Below, one piece after another: positions 51,901 through 64,000 of a stretch of 64,000 bases of DNA. The stretch lies in the NCBI RefSeq assembly GCF_009914755.1, contig NC_060940.1; one strand, given 5' to 3'. Every line of letters begins with the position of its first letter. Within the stretch, counting starts at the first letter, position 1. The DNA comes from the human T2T-CHM13v2.0 reference genome, Homo sapiens. A program made the translations under genes and the position numbers. Below the pieces are notes generated by a model. The model was not told where the DNA came from. It ran no database searches and worked only from the letters and a program-made list of their open reading frames with translations.

Positions 51901-54900
51901 AATTTCATCACTTGGTGTGCCTTAGAAATAATATATTTCTAAGACTTACATTTTAGAGGAGAAGATGAAGGAGCACAAGGTATAGCAAATGGTCCAAGGC
52001 CATAAAGTAAGCTGGAGGTATAGGCCTATTTATATCACAGTTTTCCCAAGTTGAGACAAATTTCTCTTTGGTATCTTACTCTGAATCAACCTGATAAATA
52101 ATTAATAGTTTTTTGCTCCTGTCCCATTCTGCCTGTGAAGTTAGTGTTTTAGTAGACCAATGCTAGTTCCATTAACCCTTGCAGAGACAGTAGTAGGAGA
52201 GCTTCTTCCACTCTGCAGTCTGAGAAGAGGCATTCTTGGACTTCTCTAAATTGTAAAGAGAAGTTTTATACAGTTACTGTCATAAAATGTTTTATAAATA
52301 GTGAAGTCTTAGGAATTCTCAAAGTCTCAGTTGGTAAGAGAACTCAAAATCTAAGGATTTAAAATGATCTTTCTCCCTGGGAGACAGAACAAATTAATAT
52401 ATTATGTGGTTTCCCTATCCAATGAACTTGGATAGGGCTTGTTGATAGTTAAAGACAGATTGTTTTATACAGAAGAGAATAATTTGATATCCCACTGACT
52501 TAAGTAAAGTACATTGGACATGTCATCTACCTGAAGAGTGTGGCTATTACATAGTCAGAAGAATGAAGAATAAGATATCTTTCCTTCTACAAAGAGCAGA
52601 GGAACATGGTGTTATCTGTTAGTTCTTACAGAGTTTCCAACTAAAGCCAAAAAACGATTTTTGGAAGGTAATGTATTAGTTTTTATTTATGTTGATGATT
52701 GAGAAGATGGGGAAGTTTTGCTCCAAGGATACTTTTTAAATATTTTTTTCTTATTTTTATCTGCAACCAACTCACCCCATGAAGGATAATTTTGTTTAAT
52801 AAGTCAAAGTGGACCCTTCAGAACTCATGAAATAGCTTCAAAATATGTAAAGCAAATTGAGCCAGCTCAGTGCAGTGAGTCTTTAGGGCCAACAGAGTTA
52901 TCTGAAATTTCCTCAGGAAATTGTACGTAAAGTAAAACAGTTAAAAGTTGTAATATTTCATCCCACTCAAATTCAAATTACTTAGTTGGCATGGAACTTT
53001 TTTCCAAAAAATATTTGAATATCCTACTATATGACATGGGCTTCTTTCCCCGTAACAAAGGCGGGGATGAGGGTTAGGAAAGTGATTTGACAGTTGACAT
53101 GTCATCTATTAAGCCTGTGGGACTCCAGAGATTCCTGAATACAGGATAGTTTGCCATGGATGTGGATATCCCATGCATGAGATAATATATCTTATTAGAT
53201 GTATTCAACTATCCTATCCCTCCGACATAGACATATAAATAGCCACTCCAACGCTCAACTACAGAGAAAGGGGCAAAATAGAATTATTCCATTCAGGCAG
53301 TCTCTTTTTGTTGTTATTGCTATTTTTAATTAAGAATTCATTATTCTTCCAATAGAAGCATTTATTAAAAAAAGAATATTGCTAAAAAATGTTCTGTCTA
53401 CTTACTACTTTTTTACAAGATTGTCAACTTTGCAATGTTGTATTTATATCTCTGAATTATGAGAGAGAACGTTCTCTGAGAGATTGATAAACTCACTCCA
53501 GAAATGAACTTTAAAGTATTCCAGGTGTCTGGATGAAGCAGAGGGTTCCAGACAGAATGATGTTCTAGTCTTTTTGGCGCATGTGCTTTCTGTCTCCATC
53601 TAGTTAAAAATGCTTGCACTTAACAGTCATTTGCATATTATATAGACATTTCCCTTGATATTTTTAATCTTTGACACCTCCTATCATTATTAAACCAATC
53701 ACCATAACACCTACTTCAAAAATGATACATTATATCCCCTGAGTTTATCAATCATAAAACAATCTCAGTCCATCATCACATGAATTATTACAAAACTGTT
53801 TGATATGTGTACCAAAAAGGGAAAAGTAGTCTCTTGTCTTTGAACTTTTCAAGACAATCGCATTAAGGGCTGAACTGTATCGCACTCCCATGTCAATTAT
53901 AAAGACATTATTCAATGGCTTTACTCAATCCATTTGACTTACAGTTAACCCCACAACTTTCACTATTAACTTTCCTTTCTACTTCTTTTAATATTTGACA
54001 CTTATACATCCTAAAAGATTGGTAGGATCTTTGAAATAGAAGTAGATATCGACAGTACAGAATTTGCCTGAGTGGGGGATGTAAAACTAGGATGTAAATC
54101 AGAGTGATTTTTATTGAAATAAGAGATGGTTTTAGACGGTATGTCGAAAAGGCAATAATTAACCTTGAATCTTATAGTGAGAAAGTTATTCTCTTCTCAA
54201 CTTTCTTTCATTCCCTCTGGATACATCAAGGAGAATGAATCAGTATGTTGCAAATGGGTCTTTAACACAACTTCAACACTTGCCATTGTAACCAAGATAG
54301 AGTGTAGCTCAGGCTCAAAGCCTTTAACAGAGCATGACAAAGGTATATATTTTGTTCTTTCATTTAATTTTAGTATCTTATATTTAAGGTAAGTGAGGTG
54401 GCTTTCCATTTATTGTAATGATAAAAAGTTTCTTTTTAAACATATCAAGGTAAGCGAGGTTTTGATTGTAAAATATCAACAAATAATAGTTGATATAGTA
54501 TGTAGAAGTAGCCCAAATCATAATGACAGTTTGCAAACACCTAAAGTTTGGGAAATACTGACCTTAATAAAAGAGAAAAAAATCCTTTAATACTTGGTTA
54601 CATTCCTTAGAATCTACCATCCAATAATGCCACTGAATAATATCTACAACATATTGGTAATATTAACACAAGTAAAGAGTAGCTATATCTAAAACTGTTT
54701 TCAAATGTGTAATATAAGTCCATTAGGAAGTCAACAGATTTGTATTTTTCTAAGATTTAGTGTATACTTTAAATGTACACACTATCGATGTGGATTGTGA
54801 ATATATGTATGTGTGTGTATAAATGCATATGTATATGTGTATGTATATATGTGTGTAAGAAATTCAGTGGCATAAAGTATAGCAATAACTTTGTGTATAC

Positions 54901-56290
54901 ATATATACACACACACATATAGTTTTACAAAATTGTAGCTTTTTTCCGACATTTATTATGTGCTTCACACTGGATGTTATACATAAAATTTTGCTTCATT
55001 TCCCCAACTCTCTATGACGTTTTATGGACACTATTCCCATTTTACAAATGAGAAAACTAAGTCAGAATTAAATATCTTGCACACAATTATACACATATTA
55101 AGTAATAAAGTTATATTCAAATTCAGGAAAAAAAAATTCCTTAACTACAGTAAAAGCAACCAATGCATATTAACACTCCTGGGTTAACTTCATTTTGACA
55201 ATAAAAATATAACAAAGAAAAATTTGAAAATTTATAGACTCTAATGTTGAAACATTTTCTTAGAACTCGAAAGTGATCTCATATCTAGAGATGACAGACC
55301 TACATTTTCAGATATAATTCGTTTTCTCAGTCCATGCTGTTGTGCTGCAGTTTCCTGCTCTCTAGATGACAGTTCTTAGAGATTAAGCAGATAGATGGAA
55401 GCATCAATCTTCAGTTTGAAAGTTATTAAAGAATTAAAAAAATAAATTGAAAATTGTGTGCACCAGATGGATTTCTTGAAACCTGAGTTCCAATCCCAAT
55501 GACACCATTTATAATCCTGTGTCTTTGAAGAGTGACCTTTAGTTTTCTCATATTGAAAACTGGCAATAATTGCTAATGAGATATTTGTGTGATGAATTAA
55601 TGAATTGCTGTTTAGTAAATGTGAAAACAACAAAACAAAGCAAAAGCATATTTTCTGACATATGTGGCAAGGACTCTAGAATTTTCTGGTATTTTCATGA
55701 TTTCATACATCTTTCAGTGACTTCACAATCTCCTCATTTAAATTATGCTTATATGTTTGGCAAGATTAATTGCCTCTTAATGTAGAAACACTGCCAAGAT
55801 GGAGGTAACACATCGAAAGATACAATAAACCTTAAACTAAAAATCACCTCTATCCCAACAAGAGTTGCTCAGCTGCTACTTTTGTATGATTTTGGACAGA
55901 TTTCTGCTGTCCCACCAAATGAGACACACAGCCTTTAAAACCTTCACCAACATTTGCTCACAATGTATCTTCTTTTGTTTTTCAAATCCACCATAGTAGT
56001 CAAACACTATATTTCTTAAAGCAGGTAGCAAGGCATATCAATAAATTAAGAGAAAGATTTAAGTCAATTGGTTAACTGTTGCTGCCAGGGAGTTAGAATG
56101 TATTCTTTCACTTACAAAAGTGAGAAGTTCCCTGGCATGAAGTGTAGCAATAATTTTGACGATGTTTCACTTGAGGAAACATGATAGACCAGAAAGAAAA
56201 TAGTCTTGGGAAATCAAGAACCCTGGGTTCTTATCCAAACATAGTTCACGGAATGATGATGAGGGCAAAAGGGAAAGAGTTGCACATATT

Positions 56291-57033
56291 CTCTTTTATT
56301 TCTTTGAGCAGTGGTTTGTAGTTCTCCTTGAAGAGGTCCTTCACATCCCTTGTAAGTTGGATTCCTAGGTATTTTATTCTCTTTGAAGCAATTGTGAATG
56401 GGAGTTCACTCATGATTTGGCTCTCTGTTTGTGTGTTGTTGGTGTATAAGAATGCTGATTCCTCAGGGATCTAGAACTAGAAATACCATTTGACCCAGCC
56501 ATCCCATTACTGGGTATATACCCAAATGACTATAAATCATGCTGCTATAAAGACACATGCACACGTATGTTTATTGCGGCATTATTCACAATAGCAAAGA
56601 CTTGGAACCAACCCAAATGTCCAACAATGATAGACTGGATTAAGAAAATGTGGAACATATACACCATGGAATACTATGCAGCCATAAAAAATGATGAGTT
56701 CACGTCCTTTGTAGGGACATGGATGAAATTGGAAATCATCATTCTCAGTAAACTATCGCAAGAACAAAAAACCAAACACCGCATATTCTCACTCATAGGT
56801 GGGAATTGAACAATGAGATCACATGGACACAGGAAGGGGAATATCACACTCTGGGGACTGTTGTGGGGTGGGGGGAGGGGGGAGGGATAGCATTGGGAGA
56901 TATACCTAATGCTAGATGACGAGTTAGTGGGTGCAGCGCACCAGCACGGCACATGTATACATATGTAACTAACCTGCACAATGTGCACATGTACCCTAAA
57001 ACTTAAAGTATAATTAAAAAGAAAAAAAAAAAA
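56291..57033 (+). mobile_element. L1PA2-like 3' fragment with 5' inversion
   Basis: Antisense RT-region piece 56291-56456; sense part from 56457 to poly(A); gatgacGAGttag; perfect 17-bp TSD aaagagttgcacatatt (56274-90 / 57031-47). Confidence 0.95.
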
Positions 57034-57047
57034 GAGTTGCACATATT

Positions 57048-57300
57048 GTTTAAGAACTCAGGCTCTGAAGTCATATTGCTTGGGTAATGTTTTGCTTCAC
57101 CTTCTCATTATTTCTATGATCTTGATAAGATTCCTTAATATTTCTGAGTTCAGTTTCCCCATTTAAGAAATGAGGATAGTTAATAGTACCCTCCTCATTG
57201 GTGTTTTGAAAGGCTAGAAAGCAACAATGGTTATAAAAATCTTAGGACAGTGCCTATAACAACAGTATCACTCCATAAATAATAGTTTATGTTGTTGCTG
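57048..57300 (+). mobile_element. MIR
   Basis: ggctctgaagtca...cttgataagattccttaa...tcagtttccccattt...gatagttaatagtacc. Confidence 0.8.
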
Positions 57301-57564
57301 TTAGTATTATTGCTATATTTCAACTCTACTTTCTTTAGCTAAAATATGAAAAAATTGGGCTAAATAATTGCTGAGATAATTTACAGCTGTCATATATTAT
57401 GACTTCATTAATTTTTGCTTTAGATTTTTATAAAAATCTTTTAGTTAGCAGAATCATTGACAATGCATAATAACTTGTCCTGTTTATTGATTATTTTCAG
57501 CCCTGAAAAGAGAATCTGGTTATGTGTTCAATGAATATTAATTGTATGAATACAACTTCATGAG

Positions 57565-57738
57565 CATCAAGTAGACCTAATCAAATCAGAATCTCTGGGA
57601 CGGAGATACAGGATTTTGCTTTTTTTAAAAAACAAACAAACAAACAAACAAAAAACACTTTTAAATACAGTAAAAGTGTATTTTTAGGCTGTACTAATGA
57701 GTTTAATCTGTGCACTACACTTTGAAAAACATAGTTTT
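57565..57738. mobile_element. MER5-like hAT MITE
   Basis: gaccta...aatcagaatctctggg...actacactttgaaaaaca. Confidence 0.6.
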
Positions 57739-58775
57739 AGGAAATACGATATGTAATGGGGATTAAAGTACTCATATAATGTGTTGTCAAAATTAGGATA
57801 ATTTTATCAGTAAACTGGGATATTAATGATAACTATGACAACAAAACTGGCATGGATTTGGATTTTATTGATCAGTGGGGAAAAGTAGACACCCTAAAAA
57901 GGACACTGCTGGAATGCACCAAGGGTATGTATGATACCCAATTTTTGACTGATCCCCAGGAGATGTCTGTATACAAGATTTTTGGAGGATTGTTTCCCAG
58001 GGCTGAGGTTTTTGGAAGCCAGTGAGCTTGCAAAGTTATAAGACACTGATTTTGACCCAGAGAAGAGAACTCGTGTATTACATTTATATTCAGGAAAGAT
58101 GTTGGATGATAAAAAAAATAATAACTAATGCCAGGAAATTCAACCAATTATGCAAATGTAAACTAATATGAGAATTATTTTTTTCCAAAGTAAGATTAAT
58201 GACACAAGATTTCCAAATACCAAGAACTATTCATATAGTTATGTGAACTTCCAAATCCCCACCTAGCATTTCTGGGAGTTTATTGTCCTACTGGCCCTTA
58301 GGCTAGAAAAATAAATGTCTTCTGTAGAATACTCCCCTCACCATCAGAACCCATCGATGCCTTTTGAAACTGTTTCTTGCTTGACACTTCTCCAAATACA
58401 TTGGAAGTATCATCAGTCTAGTTACAAACTGTTTTCTTTCATCAGTCTTCATAATCTAGTCTTACCTAAAAAGGGGATTGTTCAGGTATTGACATCAGAT
58501 GTAGTGCTATATTAGTTATCCATACTATTGAGAAGATGTACTTGAGGGTAATACAACAGTGCATTTACAGAAATCACCAAGAGTCAAGTCAGTTCTGGCA
58601 TCGGGTTCTAAGTCAAGTGCTATTTATTTGTAATGGCAAGACAAAGGCAAAAAAGATAGGCAAATACAGGCATAAAAGTTCAAAATTTAGTCAGCATTCC
58701 AAAGACACTCTAGAATGTTTAAAGATGTACACAGTGAGTTGGCCAGATTTCTTGCTGTTGGATATTGTTTACGTC

Positions 58776-58799
58776 GTGTGTGTGTGTGTGTGTGTGTGT
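58776..58799. repeat. (GT)n microsatellite
   Basis: Directly visible. Confidence 0.95.
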
Positions 58800-59311
58800 A
58801 CGTGCGGTGTGATTACTTTGGTTTCCTACAATCTTTCTTAAGAGGCATAAGTGTGTTTCAATTTTTCTGCTCTCAAGACTGTATTTCACAGTGAGCCAAA
58901 ATGAGCATGGAGAGAAGGTGTTTTTATGCTACTGAAGCTGAAAAGAAAAAGTGAAAAGTAAAGCATACTACATAAGGCAAGACACTGTGTGATACCAGAC
59001 AAGGCAGGGGTGATTGTTGGCCACTTCAGGAATCTGGATGTTCAGTGTTTTCAAATAGAATCATCATTCCTCTGCAGAGCGTCTCTCTTTATCTAACAGT
59101 TACAAATGGATCCAAGAGTTGCCAGAGTTTCTGAATTCTCATCTCATTATACAAACCACTAAAATGAGAAAAAGAATAACTTCCAAAAGCTTTCATGTAG
59201 TTAATGGCAGCAGGGCGAAGTTTGCCTTTGATATTCACCTGTTCAGCATACCTAACTTATTTTGTGCTTTTCTATCAAAAGCAACATCACAGGGGCATTA
59301 TTGGCTGCTTT

Positions 59312-59313
<2 letters not shown>

Positions 59314-59357
<44 letters not shown>
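59314..59357. repeat. (GT)n microsatellite
   Basis: Directly visible. Confidence 0.95.
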
Positions 59358-59358
<1 letters not shown>

Positions 59359-59624
59359 TTGCATGTGGGCGCAAGAAAGAATTTAAAACAATTCTAATTT
59401 TTAAGACAAATATTGTTGTGTTTGCAAAATCAATATTGAAATAAAATAATAACAATGTTGTTCAAAAACAGGAATACATTATGTGTACATTATTATGTAT
59501 AATTAATTATAGATATATATATATATATGTATAGATGTGCCCAAACACATAGAAATAGAGTTTCTGGGTGAGTAATGGAGTGCTGGGGTCAACCATCAGA
59601 ATTAATTTTATTTTATGGTCACAT

Positions 59625-59880
59625 AGTCATTTATTTAACAAATATTTATTGTATTCTTAAAGTTTGCAACACCTTGCTGAAGAATGCAGTGAAAGTAAGT
59701 CAAGAACTACACAAAAGCATAAAACAAAAGTAGTCTGTTTATTATCGAATAGCTTACAACTGAATAGAGAAACCCTGTCTGCATGCAGCTATGATGAAAA
59801 CTAAGATGAATAATTCCAACTAGGCATCGAGGAGGGTAGGATAATTCTTGCTGGAAGTGGAAGTTAGAAGGCAAAGAAGT
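59625..59880 (-). mobile_element. L2 3' fragment
   Basis: tcatttatttaacaaatatttattg. Confidence 0.55.
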
Positions 59881-60539
59881 TTTCTTTGCTTTTCAATATA
59901 TTGGACCTTCACTACACATCTGGGACTCGGCTTCCTGGTGAGAGCTTAATTTTTCATTTATTCATCCTTTTCAAATGCCAGGTGTCATTTTACATCATAG
60001 CTAACAATTTCACCAGAATTGAAAGAATAAGTAAATTTGGCCAAAAAAAAAAAGAAGTGAGGGAAGAACAGAGATGCTAAAAAAATAGGTGTTTCTGCTC
60101 CTGTCAGTACTTCTGAGCATTTGCCAGATGTCAAATACCATTAATGAATTGGGTGGGTGCTTCTTGGTACTGTAATATTCAACAGCCATCTTAATTGTTA
60201 ATAATTCCCGAGAGCACTGGAGTGAAATATGAAAGGGGTGGATAGAAAAAAAATCAAGTTCACACTAGGAAGCCAAGTCCCAGCATACTTAGTGAGGGTC
60301 CAATAGAATGAAAGGCAAAATTGTTAATTTAAAAGTTACATAAAATTTATGGGCTATTGATACCAAATACAGAATTACAAAAATTATTATTAGCAATGGC
60401 TAGTACAAATATATAGGTTCTTTAGGCTCTGGGGTCTTTGTAATTACCTCAAATATTAACCCATACTAGCCTTAAAATAAATGTGATGATGATAATGATT
60501 ATATTTGTGACACTAGTTTCTATACTGTGGAAACTTTTA

Positions 60540-60760
60540 AAAAATATTCTTTATATGAACATTAGATGCTGCCAATAACTATATGAGGTAGATGCTATTG
60601 TTAATATCTCTATTTCACTGATGAGAAAACTGAGGTACAAAGAGATTTCATAATTTGCTGAAGGCTTCATAGCTTTTAAGTTCAGAATCTGGAAAATCCA
60701 GGATTAAAATTTACATAGTCTGGCTCCAGAGCATGTTTTTAAATCATATGCACTGCTGCT
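60540..60760 (-). mobile_element. MIR
   Basis: atgaggtag...gatgagaaaactgaggtac...gtctggctccagagc. Confidence 0.85.
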
Positions 60761-60994
60761 CTCAGTGGATGTGATTATAAGAATAAATGGGTGAAAAGTA
60801 GCTAACAGTATAATGGTAGCTGAGATATAGGTAGTTGGTATATATGCCAGGCAGAGTGCTACAAATTCCACACACATTAACATATTCGATCTTCAGAATA
60901 AAACATTCCCTCTTCTCCTCATCCATTATTCTCCCATCCTATTCATTAAACATATGAGGTAATTGAGGCTCTGAGGCTCAATAATTTGCTCACA

Positions 60995-62950
60995 AGAAAC
61001 AGAACCATAGGATACACACACACATATTTGAATATGCATATATATATGCACAAACATGTACATAATATATGCATATAAACATATAGGGCATACCTGTATC
61101 ATGATGTTTTGGTGACTATGGCCATATAGTATTTGAAGTCAGGTAACGTGATGCCTTCAGATTTGTTCTTTTTGCTTAGCATTGCTTTTGCTATGCAGGC
61201 TCTTTTTTAGTTCCATATGAATTTTAGGATTGTCTTTTTTAGTTTTGTGAAGAATGATGGTGGTGTTTTCACAGGAATTGCATTGAACTTGTAGATTGGT
61301 TTTGGCAGTATGGTAATCTTCACAATGTTGATGCTACCCATCCATGAGCATGGGATGTATTTCCATGTGTTTGTGTTGTCTATGATTTCTTTTAGCAGTG
61401 TTTTTAGTTTTCCTTATAGAGTCCTTTCACCTCCTTGGCTAGGTATATTCCTAAGTATTTTATTTTATTTTATTTTATTTTATTTTATTTTATTTTATTT
61501 TATTTTATTTTATTTTATTTTACTTTTTGCAGCTATTGTAAAAGGGGTTGAGTTCTTGGTTTGATTCTCAGCTTAGACATTGTTGGTGCACAGCAGAGCT
61601 ACTTAACTGTGTACATTAATTTTGTATCCTAAAACTTCTCTGAATTCATTTATCTAGGAGATTTTTGGAGGAGTCTTTAGGGTTTTCTAGGTATTCAATC
61701 ATATCAGCAAACAGTGACAGTTTGACTTCCTCTTTACTGATTTGGATGCCATTTATTTCTTTCTGTTGTCTGATTGCTCTGGCTAGGACTCCCAGTACTA
61801 TGTTGAATAGAAGTGATGAATGGGCATCCTTGTCTTGTTCCAGTTCTCAGAGGGAATGCTTTCAACTTCTCCCCATTCAGTGTTATGTTGGCTGTGGGTT
61901 TGTCATAGATGGCTTTTATTACATTAAGATATGTCCCTTCTATGCCATGGAACAAAATAGAGAACCCAGAAATAAGGCCAAATACTTACAGCCAACTGAT
62001 ATTTGACAAACCAAACCAAGACATAAAGTGGGGAAAGAACATCCTATTCCACAAATGGTGCTGGGATAATTGGCAAGACACATGTAGAAGAATGAAACTG
62101 GACCCTCATCTCTCACCTTATAAAAAAATCAACTCTAGATGGATCAAGGACTTAAATATAGGATCTGAAACCATAAAAATTCTGGAAGATAACATTGGAA
62201 AAACTCTTCTAGACATTGGCTTGGACAAAGACTTCATGACCAAGAACCCAAAAGCAAATACAACAAAAACAATGATAAATAGGTGGGACTTAATGAAACT
62301 AAAATATTTCTGCAGAGCAAAAGAAACAATCAGCAGAGTAAACAGATAACCCACAAGTGGGAGAAAATCTTCATCTGACAGTGGGAGAAAATCTATACTT
62401 CTGACGAAGGACTAATATCCAGAATCTACAAGGAACTCAAACAAATTAGCCAGAAAAAAATAAACAATCCCTTAAAAAAATGGGCCAAGGACATGAATAG
62501 ACAGTTCTCAAAAGAAGATATACAAATGGTCAACAAACATGAAAAAATGCTCAATATTACTAATTGTCAGGGAAATGCAAATCAAAACCCCAATGCTATA
62601 GCACCTTACTCCTGCAAGAATGGCCATAATCAAAAAACAAACAAAAAAAATGATGGTGAGGATGCAGTGAAAAGAGAACACTTTTACACTTCTGGTGGGA
62701 ATGTAAACTATACAACCACTATGGAAAATAGTGTGGAGATTCCTTGAAGAACTAAAAGTAGAAGTATTGTTTGATCCAGCAATCTCACTACTGGGTAACT
62801 ACCCAGAGGAAAAGAAGCCGTTTTGCAAAAAAGATACTTGAACACGCAAGTTTATAGCAACACAATTTGCAATTGCAAAAATATGAAAGCGGCCCAAATA
62901 CCCATCAATCAAAGAGTGGATGAAGAAATTTTGGTAAACACATACACACA

Positions 62951-63002
<52 letters not shown>

Positions 63003-64000
63003 ATGGAATACTTTTCAGCCATAAAGAGGAATAGAATAATGGCATTCACAGCAACCTAAATAGAATTGGAGACCATTAGCCTGAGTGAAGTAACTCAAGA
63101 ATGGAAAACCAAACATCATAAGTTATCACTCATAAGTGGAAGCTAAGCTGCAAAGATGCAAAGTCATAAGACTGATACAATGGACTTTGGGGAATTGAGG
63201 GAAAGGGTAGGAGGGGGGTGAGGGATAAAAGACTACAAATTGGGTACAATGTATACTGCTTGGGTGATGCGTGTACCAAAATCTCTCAAATCACCACTAA
63301 ATAACTTACTCATGTAACCAAACACCACTTATTATCCAAAAACCTATGGAAATAAAAATAAAATTAAATTTAAAAAATTAAAAAATTAAAAAATACAGAG
63401 TATATATAATATACATGTATACATATATACATATACTCATATATATATAACATAGTAGCATGTATGGTGTGTATATATACACTAAAAGACATATATCTCT
63501 ATATATTTATGAATCTACATATTTATTTATATAAATATCTCTATATTTATATAAATATCTATCTACATAAATATCTACATATTTATATAAAATCTATCTA
63601 TATATTTATATAAATAAATAAATACATTTTGTACTAGGCATGGGGTCATGTAATTACAGAAGCTAACTCCCACAATCTTCCATCTGCAAGCTGGAGACCC
63701 AGAAAAATTGTGTAGTTCAAAGTCCTGAGAGCCAGAGTGTTAATGGTGTAGATTCCAGTCTGAATATGAAGGCCTGAGAACCTGGAGGGTTAAAGATTAA
63801 AAGATGGAGGTCCCAGTTCAAACAGGCAGAGAGGGTGAATCTTCCCGTCCTCCACTGTTTTGCTCTATTTGAGACTTGAACAGATTGGATGATGCCCTCC
63901 CACATGGGGAAGGGCACTCTGACTTACTACATCTACCAGTTCAAACGCTAACTTCTTCTGGAAACACCCTCACAGACACAGCCAGAAATGACACTTAACA
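60995..64000 (-). mobile_element. MLT2B-like ERVL LTR split by an L1PB in its (TA)n tract
   Basis: gaaacagaaccataggata plus TA-rich sequence on the left; TA-rich sequence then ctgcaagctggagacccag...gaaggcctgagaacc...cctcacagacaca on the right; runs to the window end. Confidence 0.8.
61091..63392 (+). mobile_element. L1PB1-like element with 5' inversion
   Basis: Antisense ORF2 61091-61946, sense ORF2 and 3' UTR 61947-63392; decayed TSD 12/16; internal (TTTTA)n and (CA)n. Confidence 0.9.

Noticed and set aside
61909-62349. 146-aa ORF crossing the L1PB inversion junction
   Set aside because: Chance in-frame fusion of an antisense ATG with an ORF2 fragment; no promoter or splice support

Overview
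AT-rich, repeat-dense primate intergenic or deep-intronic DNA. L1PA2-type insertions point to human or another great ape. I see no credible protein-coding exon, RNA gene or CpG island. The supplied ORFs that I could assign are translations of Alu, L1, LTR, Tigger or microsatellite sequence, and the rest are short with no recognisable product. Content: about 13 Alus (J and S classes), a full-length L1PA15/16-type element, three 5'-inverted (twin-primed) L1s, older L1M fragments, solo LTRs (MER4B, MER4D, THE1, MLT1A, MLT1E, MLT2B, LTR40), a near full-length Tigger1, small hAT/mariner MITEs and many MIR/L2 fragments. The best-supported unexplained structure is a fossil genomic inversion of about 780 bp (about 14461-15242). 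Re-inverting it repairs a MIR, an MLT1A LTR and an L1MA element, including a decayed target-site duplication (TSD). Other oddities: an L1PA2 whose inversion junction skips about 1.1 kb, an AluSc with a (CA)n-containing insert, a cryptic 4-nt periodic block and a pure T56 tract. I found no evidence of a novel gene system. Subfamily names come from recalled consensus sequences and need RepeatMasker/Dfam confirmation. Boundaries of old elements are approximate.
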